From Heterodontus francisci (lineage: Eukaryota): a stretch of 64,000 bases of DNA. Below are positions 1-14,418 of the stretch, in pieces. The DNA lies in contig NC_090399.1 in the NCBI RefSeq assembly GCF_036365525.1, forward strand, positions 14,879,558 to 14,943,557, given 5' to 3'. The first letter of the stretch is position 1. The number at the start of each line of letters is the position of its first letter. The position numbers and the translations under genes were made by a program. The notes below the pieces were generated by a model. That model was not told where the DNA came from. It searched no databases and saw only the letters and a list, made by a program, of their open reading frames with translations.

Positions 1-1770
1 CCACTCAAGGACAGAGATGGGAATCTATGCGTGGAGCCAGAGGAAATGGGTGAGGTGCTAAATGAGTACTTTGCATTAGTATTCACCAAGGAGAAGGACT
101 TGGTGGATGATGAGCCTAAGGAAGGGAGTGCAGATAGTCTCAGTCATCTCATTATCAAAAAGGAGGAGGTGTTGGGTGTCTTGCAAAGCATTAAGGTAGA
201 TAAGTCCCCAGGGCCTGATGGGATCTACCCTAGAGTACTGAGGGAGGCAAGGGAAGAAATTGCTGGGGCCTTGACAGAAATCTTTGCATCCTCATTGGCT
301 ACAGGTGAGGTCCCAGAGGACTGGAGAATAGCCAATGTTGTTCCTTTGTTTAAGAAGGGTGACAAGGATAATCCAGGAAATTATAGGCCGGTGAGCCTTA
401 CATCAGTGGTAGGGAAACTATTAGAGAGGATTCTTCGGGACAGGATTTACTCCCATTTGGAAACAAATGAACTTATTAATGAGAGACAGCATGGTTTTGT
501 GAAGGGGAGGTCGTGTCTTACTAATTTGATTGAGTTTTTTGAGGAAGTGACGAAGATGATTGATGAGGGAAGGGCGGTGGATGTCGTCTATATGGACTTT
601 AGTAAAGCCTTTGACAAGGTCCCGCATGGCAGACTGGTGCAAAAGGTGAAGTCACACGGGATCAGAGGTGAGCTGGCAAGATGGATACAGAACTGGCTCA
701 GTCACAGAAGACAGAGGGTAACAGTGGATGGGTGTTTTTCTGAATGGAGGGATGTGACGAGTGGTGTTCCGCAGGGATCAGTGCTGGGACCTTTGCTGTT
801 TGTCGTATATATAAATGATTTGGAGGAAAATGTAGCTGGTCTGACTAGTAAGTTTGCGGATGACACAAAGGTTGGTGGATTTGCGGGTAATGATGAGGAT
901 TGTCAGAGGATACAGCAGGATATAGATCGGTTGGAGACTTGGGCGGAGAAATGGCAGATGGAGTTTAATTACGACAAATGTGAGGTAATGCATTTTGGAA
1001 GGTCCAATGCAGGTGGGAGGTATGCAGTAAATGGCAGAACCCTGAGGAGTATTGACAGGCAGACCGATCTGGGCGTACAGGTCCACAGGTCACTGAAAGT
1101 GGCAACGCAGGTGGATAAGGTAGTCAAGAAGGCATACGGCATGCTTGCCTTCATCGGTCAGGGCATAGAGTATAAAAATTGGCAAGTCATGTTGCAGCTG
1201 TACAGAACCTTAGTTAGGCCACACTTAGAATATTGCGTGCAATTCTGGTCACCACACTACCAGAAGGACGTGGAGGCTTTGGAGAGGGTACAGAGGAGGT
1301 TTACCAGGATGTTGCCTGGTCTGGAGGGCATTAGCTATGAGGAGAGGTTGGAAAAACTCGGATTCTTTTCACTGGAACAACGGCGGTGGAGGGGCGACAT
1401 GATAGAGGTTTACAAAGTTATGAGCGGCATGGACAGAGTGGATAGTCAGAAGCTTTTTCCCAGGGTGGAAGAGTCAGTTACTAGGGGACATAGGTTTAAG
1501 GTGCGAGGGGCAAAGTTTAGAGGGGATGTGCAAGGCAAGTTTTTTACACAGAGCGTGGTGAGTGCCTGGAACTTGCTGCCAGGGGAGGTGGTGGAAGCAG
1601 ATACGCTAGCGAAGTTTAAGAGACATCTTGACAAATATATGAATAGGAAGGGAATAGAGGGATATGGGCCCCGCTAGTGCAGAAGGTGTTAGTTTCGGCA
1701 GGCATCAAGATCGGCGCAGGCTTGGAGGGCCGAATGGCCTGTTCCTGTGCTGTCCTGTTCTTTGTTCTTT
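1..1770 (+). mobile_element. CR1-clade LINE, ORF2 (RT) 3' part, young; starts before window
   Basis: Uninterrupted 548-aa ORF with KSPGPDG, GVPQGSVLGP, FADD; 3' tail (tgttctt)n. Confidence 0.95.
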
Positions 1771-2134
1771 GATATGGGGAGAGAGCAGTGGATTGGGACT
1801 AATTGGATAGCCCTACCAAAGAGGCACCACAAACATGATGGCCTGAATGGCCTCTTTATTATATGATTTTGTGATGCCATGATATAAAGGAACTCTGGTG
1901 GCTTGTTTTTTCAATTTTTTGACCTGATACTACAGCTTCTTCTGAAAGTCGAGACAGGCAACATCTGCTACACTACTTTCATCAATCCTCTGTGACTCCA
2001 TCAAAGAACTTAATCAGGTTAGCCAGACAGTTCATAGGAATCCGGTCTCTATATTTTGGGCATGATTTAATCTACCAAGAAACCAGTATTTCTTACAAAG
2101 TAATGATAAATTCCGCCAAATTTGGTGTGAGAGC

Positions 2135-2835
2135 ATCATAAAATGATACAGACGGAAGGAAACCATTCATTCCATCGTGACTGTGCCAGTTCTCTGCAAG
2201 TGCTATCCAGTTAGTCCCTGCTGTTTTCCCATATCCTGGCATTTTTTTCCCATTCAAGTATTTATCCAATTGACATTTGAAAGTTACCACTGAATCTGCT
2301 TCCACTACCCTTTCAGGCAGTGCACTCCAGATGACAACAACTCACTCATAAAAGAAATTCTCCTCATTTTGCCTTTAAAATTTTGAACACCTCAAATCTC
2401 TGCTCTGCTGAATGGAGAACAAGCCCAACTTTTCGATTCTCTCCAAGTACCATTCATTCAGAAATCTCCTCTGCTTCCTCTCCTAGCTCTTGACATCGTG
2501 CCTAAAATGTGTTGCCCAGAATGGAACACAATTCTCCAGCTGAGGTCTAACCAGTGATTGACAAAGGTTTAGCATAACTTCCTTGCTTTTGTCCTCTGTG
2601 CATCTATTTATAGAGCCCAGGATCCAGTAGCTTTCTTTTTTTTAAGTAGAGTTCTCAACTTGTTTTGTCACCTTCAAAGATTTGTGTACGTAAACCCCCA
2701 AGTCGTCCTGCTCCTGCACCCCTTTTAGAATTTTACCATTTAGTTCACATTGCCTCTCCTCATTCTTGTTCCCAAAATGCACCACTTCACACGTCTCTCT
2801 TGTGCGTCTGCCCCCATTTCAACAGTCAGTCTATG
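2135..2835 (-). mobile_element. Degenerate CR1 3' fragment
   Basis: Antisense CR1 tail and RT C-terminal similarity (EADSVVTFKCQLDKYL). Confidence 0.7.
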
Positions 2836-3989
2836 AAATAAAGGAAGAATCTCTGAATTGTAACATAGGAATAGGTGGAGGCAATTCAGGCCCTGTTCCA
2901 CCATTATGATCTAATTCCATATACCCGCCTTTGCCCCATCTCCCTTAATACCTTCACAAAAACCTATCAATGCCAGCTTTAAAATTAACAATTGACCCAG
3001 TCTTGAAGTGTGTTGCTATCCTGTTCACTGCTTTTTAACATTTCTGAGTTTAGCGTCATCTGCAAACTTTGAAATTATGCCCTGTATACTCAAGTCCAAT
3101 TCATTCACATATGAAAAAGAAGAGTGGCCCCAACACAAACACCACTGTCTATGTAGCAGGAGGCTTGCTAGTTGTAAAAGACTCTCTATGATTTATATCA
3201 GGTGATGTTTTATGCTGCAGCTAATACTTGCACCAATTTCATCCTGTGGTTATTAATTATTTTCAATATATGAACAAGCCTATGGCATTGCTCACCATGA
3301 GTTGGTGGACACAAGGTTTTGTGACACTAGTGGTGTAATATCAATATCACGAGGGTCACTGACAGTGACTGTATCTGATAAGTTACATTTTATTGCATGT
3401 TGTTCAGGGATTTTTGATGGCATGCGTCTACATGCAAAGTGTTGTTGAATTTTGAAACCCCCTTCCACACAGTTGCCACTTGGTCAATTGTTAATTTTAA
3501 ACCTGACGTTGATAATTTTTTGTAAACCAAAGGTATTAAGGGACACGGGGCAAAAGCGGACATACGGAATTAAATCACGGATCATCCGTGATCTCATTGA
3601 ATGGTGAACCTGGCTCCAGGGGTTGAACGGACTCCTCCTCTTCCTAACTTCCAATTCAGAGATTCTGTTCATTTCTTTAACGTAAACCAGTTGCCTGAAT
3701 ATTTTAAAATTCATTCTCTGGAAATGGGTGTTGGTGGCATGACCAGAATTTATTGCCCATTCTTAATTGCCCTTGAGAAGGTGGTGAGCCACCTTCCTGA
3801 ACCTCTGCAGTCCATGTGGTACACCCACAATGCTTTTTCTGTAGCAGATAGATACAACTGAGTGGCTTGCTGTGCCATTTCAGAGTCAACTACATTGCTA
3901 TGGGTCTGGAGGCATAGGTAGGGAAGCCAAGGATGACAGATTTCCTCCTCTGAAAGACATAAATGAACCATATGTGTTTTACCACAATT

Positions 3990-4716
3990 ACAGTACGCCT
4001 CCAGTGTGCGAGCTCAGCCTTCGGTCATCTGAGGAAAAGTGTGTTTGATGACAAAGACCTCAAACCTGGCACCAAGCTCATGGTCTACAGGGCCGCAGTG
4101 TTACCTGCCCCACTGTATGCGTCGGAAACATGGACACTACAGCAGACATCTCAAAGTCCTGGAAAGATAACACCAGTGGTGTCGCCGCAAGACCCTGCAA
4201 ATTCAGTGGCAGGACAGGCACTCCAGTTTGTGTCCTCTCTCAGGCCAACATCCCCAGTATCGAGACCTTGGTCATGGCTAGTCAGTTATGCTGGGCCGGC
4301 CACATCATCTGCATGCCTGACACAAGACTCCGAAAACAAGCTTTTTACTCCGAGTTCCGTCACGGCAACAGGTTACCAGGAGGGCAGAGGAACAGCTACA
4401 AGGATGTCCTTAAAGCCTCCCTGAAAAAAATGTGACATCTCCACTGATACATGGGAATCTCTTGCCCGAGACCACCCAAGATGGAGAAGAAGCATCTGCG
4501 ATGGTACCAGCCAGTTCGAACAACGTCGACATGCCCAGACAGTGACCAAGTGCAAATCGCGTTCAGAATTTCGAGCATCCCATCCACTCGCCTCACCAAA
4601 CATTACCTGAGGCAGAGTGTGCAGATCCAGAATTGGGCTATTTAGTCACCCAAGGACGCACAACCCTGGAGTGGAAGAAAGTCATCCTCGTTCCTGAGGG
4701 ACTGCCTGAGAAGAAT
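3990..4716 (+). mobile_element. RTE-clade LINE 3' fragment (divergent subfamily)
   Basis: ASSAFGHLRKSVF...LYASETWT, LCWAGHI; flanked by a ~20-bp direct duplication tgYgtttt(t)accacaatt. Confidence 0.8.
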
Positions 4717-5392
4717 AGTTTCACGTGCGTTTTTACCACAATTCAGTAGTTTTCTTCTCAAAGAAAAACAAGCATTTTATTCCAAGTTTATTAATTAATT
4801 GAAGCGATATTTCTCCCAACTGCTATCATCGGATTTAAACTCATGTCGCCAGAGCATAAGGTTAGGTTGCTAGATTATAAGACGAGCAACAATACCACTA
4901 TACTACTGTGCCCATAAGATCCCATAATTCATTCTGTCTGGCTTCAATTGGCCAAGATAGTGTGGCCAGAAATAGACGAGCCATAAAAACTCTACAGTGT
5001 AGCAAACCAAAGCAGCTGTTTCATAACCACTGATGGACCTACAGAGAGAAACTCACACACCGGTGGTGTACAATGTTGCCACAAGACAGTGCAAACATTT
5101 CCGTATAAGGCGTTAAAATAGGAGCAATATTAGAAGAAGTAAATGTTCTGTGAATGCTACATGATGGTTTCCGGGAGATTACCCTGTAATAATCGAGTGG
5201 AGGACTCGAGTTAAGGGTGCATTTTAAGGCGGTGGGAGCCGCTTACTGAGTGGATTTCATCAGTATCACAATTGTTTAAATATGATATCGATTAGATACT
5301 GGATTGGGCAAAGGCAGGAGGCGATGTTCAGACCAGGAGGTACACGTACCAGTCAATATTGCAGCAAGTACGTGCCTCGGCATACTGTCCAA

Positions 5393-7735
5393 CCTCTGGT
5401 CCAGTACACCTACTCGGCACCTATGCTCCAACACTCTTCTCCCCATCTGAATTAAAGACCAGTTCTACGAGGAACTCCATAATATCATTAGTAGCATTCT
5501 CAATACCAAACATTTGTTTCTGCTGGGGGACTTCAATGCCAGGGTTGGGGCCGACCATGACTCATGGCCCTCCTGCCTTGGGTGCTATGGCATTGGAAGG
5601 ATGAATGAGAATGGACAGAGACTGCTTGAGTTGTGTACCTATCATAACCTCTGCATCACCAACTCGTTCTTTCATACTAAACCATGTCAGCAGGTTTCTT
5701 GGAGGCACCCAAGATCACGTCGTTGGCACCAGTTGGACCTCATAGTCACAAGACGAGCCTCCATAAACAGTGTCCAAATCACACGCAGCTTCCACAGTGT
5801 GGACTGCAACACCGACCACTCCCTGGTGTGCAGCAAATTTAGACCCAAACCAAAGAAGCTGCATCACTCCAAGCAGAAGGGCTGCCAGCGCATCAACACT
5901 AACAGAATTTCTTATTCACAGCTGTGACATAAGTTTCTAAATTCACTTGAAAAAGCCCTTCAAAGCACTGCCACAGGGGATGCAGAGACCAAGTGGGCCC
6001 ACATCAGAGATGCCATCTATGACTCAGCAATGACCACCTATGGCAAACGTGAGAAGCAGAATGCAGACTGGTTTCAATCTCACTTTGAAGAGCTGGAACC
6101 TGTCATAGCCACTAAGCGCATTGCACTGGAAAACTACAAGAAAGCCCCCAGCGAGTTAACATCCGTAGCACTTAAAGTAGCCAGAGTTGCCGCACAAAGA
6201 ACAGCCAGGCGCTGTGCAAATGATTACTGGCAACACTTATGCAGTCGTATTCAGCTGGCCTCTGACACCAGAAATATCAGAGGAATGTATGATGGCATTA
6301 AGAGAGCTTTTGGGCCAACCATCAAGAAGATCGCCCCCCTCCTCAAGTCTAAATCATGGGACACAATCACTGACCAACGCAAGCAAATGGACCGCTGGGT
6401 GGAGAACTGTACTCCAGGGAAAATGTTGTCACTGAGACTGCCCTCAATGCAGCCCAGTCTCTGCCAGTCATGGATGAGCTGGACGAACAACCAACAAAAT
6501 CGGAACTCAGTGATGCCATTGATTCTCTCGCCAGTGGAAGAGCCCCTGGGAAACAGGGCTGTGTTCTCGCACCTACACTGTTTGGGATCTTCTTCTCCCA
6601 GCTGCTCTCACATGCGTTCAAGTCTTCAGAAGAAGGAATTTTCCTCCACACAAGATCAGATGGCAGGTGGTTCAACCTTGCCCGTCTTAGAGCGAAGGTC
6701 AAACTACGGAAGGTCCTCATCAGGGAACTCCTCTTTGCTGATGATGCTGCATTAACATCCCACACAGAATAGTGTCTGCAGAGACTCATCGACAGGATTG
6801 CAGCTGCCTGAAACAAATTTGGCCTAACTATCAGCCTCAAGAAAACAAACATCATGGGACAGGATGTCAGAAATACTCCATCCATCAATATCGGCGACCA
6901 CGCTCTGGAAGTGGTTCAAGAGTTCACCTACCTAGGCTCAACTATCACCAGTAACCTGTCTCTTGATGCAGAAATCAACAATCACATGGGAAAGGCGTCC
7001 GCTGCTATGTCCAGACTGGCCAAGAAAGTGTGGGAAAATGGCGCACTGACACGGAACACAAAGGTCCGAGTGTATCAAGCCTGTGTCCTCAGTACCTTGC
7101 TCTACGGCAGCAAGGCCTGGACAACGTATGTCAGCCAAGAGCGACGTCTCAATTTATTCCACCTTCGCTGCCTCCAGAGAATCCTTGGCATCAGGTGGCA
7201 GGACCGTATCTCCACTGCGGAAGTCCTCGAGGCGGCCAACATCCCCAGGGTATACACCCTACTGAACCAGCAGCGCTTGAGATGGCTTGGCCATGTGAGC
7301 CGCATGGAAGATGGCAGAATCCCCAAAGACACATTGTACAGCGAGCTCGCCACTGGTATCAGACCCACCGACCATCCATGTCTCCGCTTTAAAGACGTCT
7401 GCAAACGCGGCATGAAGTCCTGTGACATTGATCACAAGTCGTGGAAGTCAGTTGCCAGTGATCGCCAGAGCTGGCGGACAGCCATAAAGGCGGGGCTAAA
7501 GTGTGGCGAGTTGAAGAGACTTAGCTGTTGGCAGGAAAAAAAACAGAAGCGTAAGGGGAGAGCCAACTGTGTAACAGCCCCGACAACCAATTTTATCTGC
7601 AGCACCTGTGGAAGAGTCTGTCACTCTAGAATTGGCCTTTATAGCCACTCCAGGCACTGCTTCACAAACCACTGACCACCTCCAGGTGCTTACCCATTGT
7701 CTCTCGAGACAAGGAGGCCAAAGAAGAAGAGAAGA
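5393..7735 (+). mobile_element. RTE-BovB-like LINE, 5'-truncated, internal deletion near 6550
   Basis: APE endonuclease LLGDFNARVG, RT LFADD, C-terminal CxxC...H zinc knuckle, (gaa)n tail. Confidence 0.92.
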
Positions 7736-8071
7736 CCTGCCTCTGCTATTATAATCTCATATCTCCGGAGCTTTGTGAAATCAACCCAGTTCAGTATTTC
7801 TGATTAAAACAGGAAAACATTGGGTTCTTCTGGTCCAAGTGTCCATCATGGAAAAGTTACTTTCAATAATTTAAGATTTAATTATGACTTTAAATGTGTG
7901 TTACAATGGGACAAGTAACCAAACATACCCGCAGCACTTTAACGGTTAAAAAGAATAATATGAATTACAAAAGCATTATTCTTTATGAACTAGCCTTGAG
8001 TAAATGAGCTAGCTGCCTTTGTTTTAAAACTGTGTTGCAACATTGCCACCTGCTGGTTATCACACAAGGCT

Positions 8072-11000
8072 AGAAATCATGGAAAGTTTAAGGCACAGAA
8101 AGAGGCCACTTGTGTGTGCTGGCTGAAAAACGATCCACCTACTCTAATCCCACCTTCCAGCATTTGGTCCGTAGCCCTGCAGCTTACGGCACTTGAGGTG
8201 CATATCCAGGCTCCTTTTGAATGAGTTGAGGGTCTCTGCCTCAACTACCCTTTCAGACAGTGAGTTCCAGACCACTACCACCCTCTGGGTGAAAAAGATT
8301 TTCCTCATCTCCCCTCTAATTTTTGTATCAATCACTTTAAATCGATGCCCCCTCATCACTGACCTCTCTAAGGTGAATAGACCCTTCACACCCACTCTAT
8401 CCAAGCCCCTCAAACTTTTGTACATTTCAATCAGATCGCCCCCTCAGCCTTCTCTGTTCCAAGGAGATCAACCCCAGCCTATCCAATCTTTGCTCATTGT
8501 TGCATTTTTCCAGTCCTGGCAACATCCTTGTAAATCTCTCTGTACCCTCTCCAGTGCAACTACATCCTTTCTGTAATGGGGTGACCAGAACTGCACTCAG
8601 CACTCAAGTTGTGGCCAAACCAATGAGTTATACAGTTCCAGCATAACCTCCCTACTCTTGTATTCTATACCTCTGCTAATAAAGGAAAGGATTCCATATG
8701 CCTTCTTAACCACCTTATCGACCTGTTCTACTACATTCAGGGATCTGTGGACATTCACTCCAAGGTCCCTCATTTCCTCTACACTCTCAGTATTTTCCCA
8801 TTAATCGTGTATTCCTTTGCCTTGTTTGACCTCCCCAAATGCATCACCTCACACTTCTCCAAGTTGAATTCCATTTGCCACTTTTCTGCCCATCTGACCA
8901 GACCATCAATATCTTTCTGCAGCCTACAGCTATCCTCCTCGCTATCTACCACACGGCCAATCTTTGTGTCATCCGCAGACTTCTTGAACATGCCCCCTAC
9001 ATTTACGTCCAAATTGTTAATATATACCACAAAATGCAGGGGACCCAGTACTGAGCCCTGTGCAATGCCACTGGAAACAGCCCCCCAGTCGCTAAAACAG
9101 CTGTCAACAATTACCCTTTGTTCCCTGCCACTGAGCCAATTTTGTATCCACCTTGCTGCATTTCCCTGGATCCCATGGGATTTTATTTTTTTAACCAGTC
9201 TGCCATGTGGGACCTTCTCAAAAGCCTGGCTAAAATCCATGTAGACCACATCAACTACACTACCCTCATCTATCTTCCTTGTTACTTCTTCAAAAAAATT
9301 CGATCAAGTTGGTCAAACAATATCTTCCCTTAACAAATCCAAGCTGACTATCCTTGATTAACCTGTGCATTTCTAAGTGACAGTTTATCCTGTCTTTCAG
9401 AATAGATTCAATAATTTTCCCACTACTGAGGTTAGACTGACTGACCTGTAATTATTCGGTCTATCCTTTGCTCCCTTTTTAAACAGAGGTAAAACGTTAG
9501 CAATTCTCCAGTCCTTCGGCACCACACCTGTATCCAGTAGGGAGTGGAAAATGATGGTCAGACCCTCTGCTGTTTTCTCTCTTGCTTCTTTTAACAGCCT
9601 AGGATACATTTCATCTGGCCCTGGTGATTTATCAACTTTCAAGGATGCTAATCCCATTAATACTTCCTCTCTCCCTATGTTTTATCACATCCAATACTTC
9701 ACACTCTTCCTCTTTAACCACAATATCTGCATCGTCCCCCTCTTTTGTGAAGACAGACGCAAAGTATTCATTAAGAACCATATTAATATCTTCCGCTCCA
9801 GGTTACCTTTTGGTCTTTTATGGGCCCTACTCTCTCCTTAGTTATCCTCTTACTCTTAATGTATTGATAAAACATCTTTGGGTTCACCTTGATTTTGCTT
9901 GCCATTATTCTTTCATGCCTTCTCTTTGCTTTCCTAATTTCCTTTTTGAATTCACTCCTCCACTTTCTATACTCCTCTCAGCTTTCTGTAGTATTGAGTT
10001 CTCGGTGTCAGACTTAAGCTTTCCTTTTCTGCCTTATCTTACCCTGTAGGCTCTTTGACATCCATGGGGCTCTAGATTTGGCCGCCTTGCTCTTTTTCTT
10101 TGTGCGAAAATGTTTACCCTGATCCCCTTGAATCTCCCCTTTGAATGCTTCCCACTGTTCTGGCACTGATTTCCCTTCAAGTAGCAGTTTTCGGTTCACT
10201 TTCGCTAAATCACTCCTCAGTTTAGTAAAATTGGCCTTGTCCCAGTTGAGAACTCTAACTCCTGTTCTATCTCTGTCCTTTTCCATAATTATGTTAAAAC
10301 TGACTGAATTATAATCACTAACACCAAAATGCTCTCCCACTGCCACTCCTTGCACATGCCCATCTTCATTTCCTAAAACTAAGTCTAAAACTGCTCCCTC
10401 TCTTGTTGGACTTGCTACATACTGGGCAAAAAAGTTCTCCTGAATGCACCTCAAGAATTCTGCTTCCTCAATTCCTTCCACACTGAAACTATCCCAGTTA
10501 ATATTACTACTATTACTGCCCTATTGTTCTTGCACTTCTCCGAGATGTGCCTACATATTTGCTCTTCTATCTCCCTCTGACTGTTTGGACGTCTATAGTA
10601 CACTCCCAGCAGTGTGATTACCCCTTTTTTGTTCCTTAGCTCAATCCATTTGGCCTCATTTGATGAACCTCCCAACATATCATCCCTCCTCACAGCTGTA
10701 ATAGTTTCCTTGACCAGAATTGCCACTTCCCCTCCTTTCTTATCCCCCTCCCTATCGCATTTGAAAACCCTGTAACCAGGAACGTTGAGCTGCCACTCCA
10801 GTCCCTCCTTAAGCCATGTTTCTGTAATAGCTATGATATCATACTGCCACATGTCTATCTGTGCCCTCAGCTCATCTGCTTTATTTGTTATACTCCTTGC
10901 ATTGAAATAGATACCCTTGAGCACTGCTAAACTCTTGTATTTATTTTCTAACCCTCGTTTCCTCTGACTTCCAGACTCATCCATTAATTTTCCACCTTCC

Positions 11001-11458
11001 ATTTTAATTTTTGATTTTGTCTCAGCTGAGTCTACCCTCAGGTCCCCATCCCCCTGCTAAACTAGTTTAAACCCTCCCCAACAGCACTCGCAAAACGTCC
11101 TGCAAGGAACTTAGTCCCGGCCCTGTTCAGGTGCAACCCGTCCGGCCTGTATAGGTCCCATCTCCCCCAGAGCCGGCCCCAATGTCCCAGTAATCTGAAG
11201 CCCTCCCTCCTGCACCATTTTTCCAGTCGTGCATTCTTCTGTCTTATCCTTCTATTTCTATACTGAATTGCGTGTGACACTGGGAGTAATCCGGAGATTA
11301 CTACTTTTGAGGTCCTGCTTGCTAATTTCTTACCTAGCTCCCTAGATTCTGCCTACAGGACCACATCCCTCTATCTACCTATGTCATTGGTTCTGATGTG
11401 GACCACGACTGCTGGCTGTTTACCCTCCCGATTCAGGGCGCTCTGCAGCTGCTCAGTG
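8072..11458 (-). mobile_element. CR1 LINE, ORF2 plus 3' end of ORF1 (esterase), frameshifted
   Basis: YFNARSITNK/ITETWL endonuclease, RT fragments, ORF1 DGLHLN motif. Confidence 0.92.
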
Positions 11459-11684
11459 GCTCAAATGGCAATCTCAGAATCATAGACTGACACAGTGCAC
11501 AAGGGGGCCATTCTGCCCATTGTGCCTGTGGTGGCTTTTTGCTGTCCAATTAGTCCCAATTCCCTGCTCTTTCCCCAAAGCCCTGCACTTTCCCCTAGTT
11601 TTAACACTATTGTGTCACCCAGCTCAGTACTCTCGCTTATGAGTCAACAGTTTATAGATTCAGGTCCCATTCCAGAATTAGAGT

Positions 11685-13420
11685 GATTAGGGCACAGAAG
11701 GAGACCATTTGGCAAATCAAATCCATGCAGCTCTCTGCAGAGCAATCGAATCAATCTCATTCCCCTGCTCTATCACCATTGCCCTGCTGGTTTACTTCCC
11801 TCAAGTGCCCATCTAATTTCCTTTTGAAATCATTCATTGTCTCTGCTTCCAGCAACCTCATGTGCCGTGAGTTCCAGGTCATTACCACTCGCTGCGTTAA
11901 AAAAAACTGCCTCATATCTCTGCAGCATCTTTTGCCTAAAACCTTAAATCTGTGTCCACTAGTCCGTGCATGATCAACTAATAGGAACAGCGTTTCTTTG
12001 GTCCATCATAACAATAACTGTCATAATCTTGTACACCTCTGTCAAATCTCCCCTCAATCTCCTTAGCTCCAAGGAGACCAAACCCAGCTTCTCCAACCTA
12101 ACCTTGTAGCTAAATTCCCTCATGTCTGGAACCATTCCGGTAAATCTCCTCAGCACTCTCTCAAGGACCCTGACATCCTTCCTCAAAATATGATGACCAG
12201 AACTGGACACAATACTCAAGTTGTGGCCTAAACTGAGCTTTATAAAGTGTTACGACTGACTGCTCCTGTCAAAGCCCCCAATCAAAATATACAATTCTGA
12301 TTGTGGTGGGAGATACACACTGGTAATTCAATCCCATCACTCCACATATCGCTTAACATATCATTTAAAACTTTCCAAATTAAAGAAAGACCCAATCAAA
12401 TTGTACCATTTTTAATCCCAGAATGAGGCTAACCAATAGAAGAACTAAATTCTTAAACACTATGAAGATATAAACAACATTTAAAATAGAAAAAAATAAA
12501 GTCCTTGCAAATTTACAGTCCAATATTGCTCAAAGTCCTCACAGGATGTTGCTCGAAGTCCTCACAGGATGTTGCTTTCCTTCTCCAGCCAATTTCAACA
12601 ATTAACGACTTGCAAACACTTTCAACAGAATAAATCTAACTTTAGAGTTTTTGAGGGATAAAAAATTGCCACAGTCTAACTTCCCTTTCCTCAATTTAAA
12701 TTACCAGAGATCTCTGATTTGGCTTGACTTTTTTTTTAGAATTTTGAGAGATAATAATTAACAGACTAAAATCCTCTTCCTTCAGTTTAAATGTTTGAGA
12801 GCTCTTTTCAGGTGTGCTGATCACAGCTGTGTCCTCTGTGTCGGTATTCTGTTAGGACAAACTGTCTTTATCAGCCAGTTTAAAACTGAATTGTAACAAA
12901 TGTATCACATCAGGCTCACTCCCAGTGGCTGTACCTATGGTGACGGGAATACACCCTTTGAATCGCAGTCTCCAAATGGCTGTTTCTAAGCCAATGAAAA
13001 TGCACCTTCCTATAAATCCTGAGGCTTGCCAGCTCTTAAAGCAATACTGATGCCTTGAAAGCCTTAAAGGCAAACCGCATATTCCAAAAAAAAAAACCCT
13101 ACAGGACCATGACAAAAGGTTCAGCATAACCTTCCTGCTTTTGTACTCAATACCTCTATTTATCAAGTCCAAGATCCCATATACTTTGCTAACTGCTCTC
13201 TCACTATGCCCTGCGACCTTCAAGGATGGATGCACATGCACCCCCAGGTCCCTCTGTCCCTGCACACTCTTTAGAACTGTCATTTCGTCTATATTGTCTT
13301 CCTATCCCTTCTGTCAAAATGCAACACCTCACACATCTCTGCATTAAATTCCATCTGCCACTTGTCCGCCCATTCTGCTAGCCTGTCCGTGTCCTTTTGC
13401 AGTCGATTGGCATCATCCCC
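11685..13420 (-). mobile_element. Old CR1 3' fragment interrupted by a solo LTR
   Basis: CR1 RT C-terminus continues across 12247/13115. Confidence 0.75.
12248..13114. mobile_element. Solo LTR (867 bp)
   Basis: TGTTA...TGACA termini and a 4-bp target-site duplication AAAG, splitting a CR1. Confidence 0.75.
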
Positions 13421-13859
13421 ACCGCCTGCCGCACTTCCAAAGTTGGGCGGCGGCAGAGCAGGTAGGAGTGGAACAGCCGTCCGTCCTTCAGCTGGCCTGA
13501 ATGTGCCATCCATCGGCTTCAATGGAAAGCAATTCAGGCAGGGTCGATACCGGGTGGCTGATTTCACTGGCGACGATTCTGTGCCCTCCCAGTTCTTCGA
13601 AAATAATTCCTGTCCTGTAAATACGCTAAAATATTTTCAGTAATGAACATGGGCAGAACCCATTGCGCAACAGAAGATCTTACCTGTGCACCAACAAGTG
13701 CACTATTAATCTGTGTAGTTGTCCGCGTCCTGAATTCGCCCTATTGCTTTGCTTGATTCAATGAAACGGGGGGGGGGGGGGAGGAGGGGGACACAGTAAG
13801 GCGAGATGACGCAGGATATGTGTTAGCTGCCGCTCATTAACCAATATCGTAGCTTTGAC

Positions 13860-14100
13860 ATTAACAGGTTGCGGGAGTTGCAGTGAGAAAGCAAATATTC
13901 TACTGGATCTGTGTGATGGTGTTGAATATAGCGGTTATTTCCATCTAATGGTGAGATGCTTGAGCTTTTCTTGCTTAATTTGCTTCCTGCGTGATAACAG
14001 TGACTACATTTCAAAAGGACTTGCTCGTGGGAGGTGGGGGGGTCAAAGCCCTTTGGGACGTCCAGTGACCGAGAGCGATGCCATATAAATACAAGTCTCT
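13860..14100 (+). mobile_element. SacSINE1/DeuSINE-like 3' fragment
   Basis: aacagtgactacatttcaaaag...ctttgggacgtcc...tataaatacaagtct, similar to 56870-56968. Confidence 0.5.
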
Positions 14101-14375
14101 CACTATTTCAACGGAGGTTTTAATTCATCTCTCCGCCCTTTCAAGATAAAATTAAAAGTTCCTTTCTGACCGTGGAACCACAATCTCGATTGAATACAAA
14201 TAGGAAAGGCATTGAAATTCTGGCTGGACATTCTCCACTGCTTACAATGCAGCTGAAAGGACAGTTGCTGGGAGAAATCTAAAGGCACTACATTTTTGTT
14301 TTACAAAGTTGAATAGATTTCGAACAAAATAATGAGAAAATACTTCTGGCTTTAGCTACAGGAGGCTGCTGAACC

Positions 14376-14418
14376 ATGTTCTGGGTTGGATGCGTTTGGT
14401 CATTCCTGTTGTTCTCGA
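14376..14418 (+). CDS. Exon 1 (signal peptide) of NCR3-like gene 1
   Basis: gaACCATG Kozak context, hydrophobic MFWVGCVWSFLLFS, donor A|gtaagt in phase 1, matching the V exon acceptor. Confidence 0.75.

Noticed and set aside
421-1634. Short ORFs antisense to LINE RT (here and throughout the window)
   Set aside because: Shadow frames of CR1/RTE coding sequence, recurring in each copy
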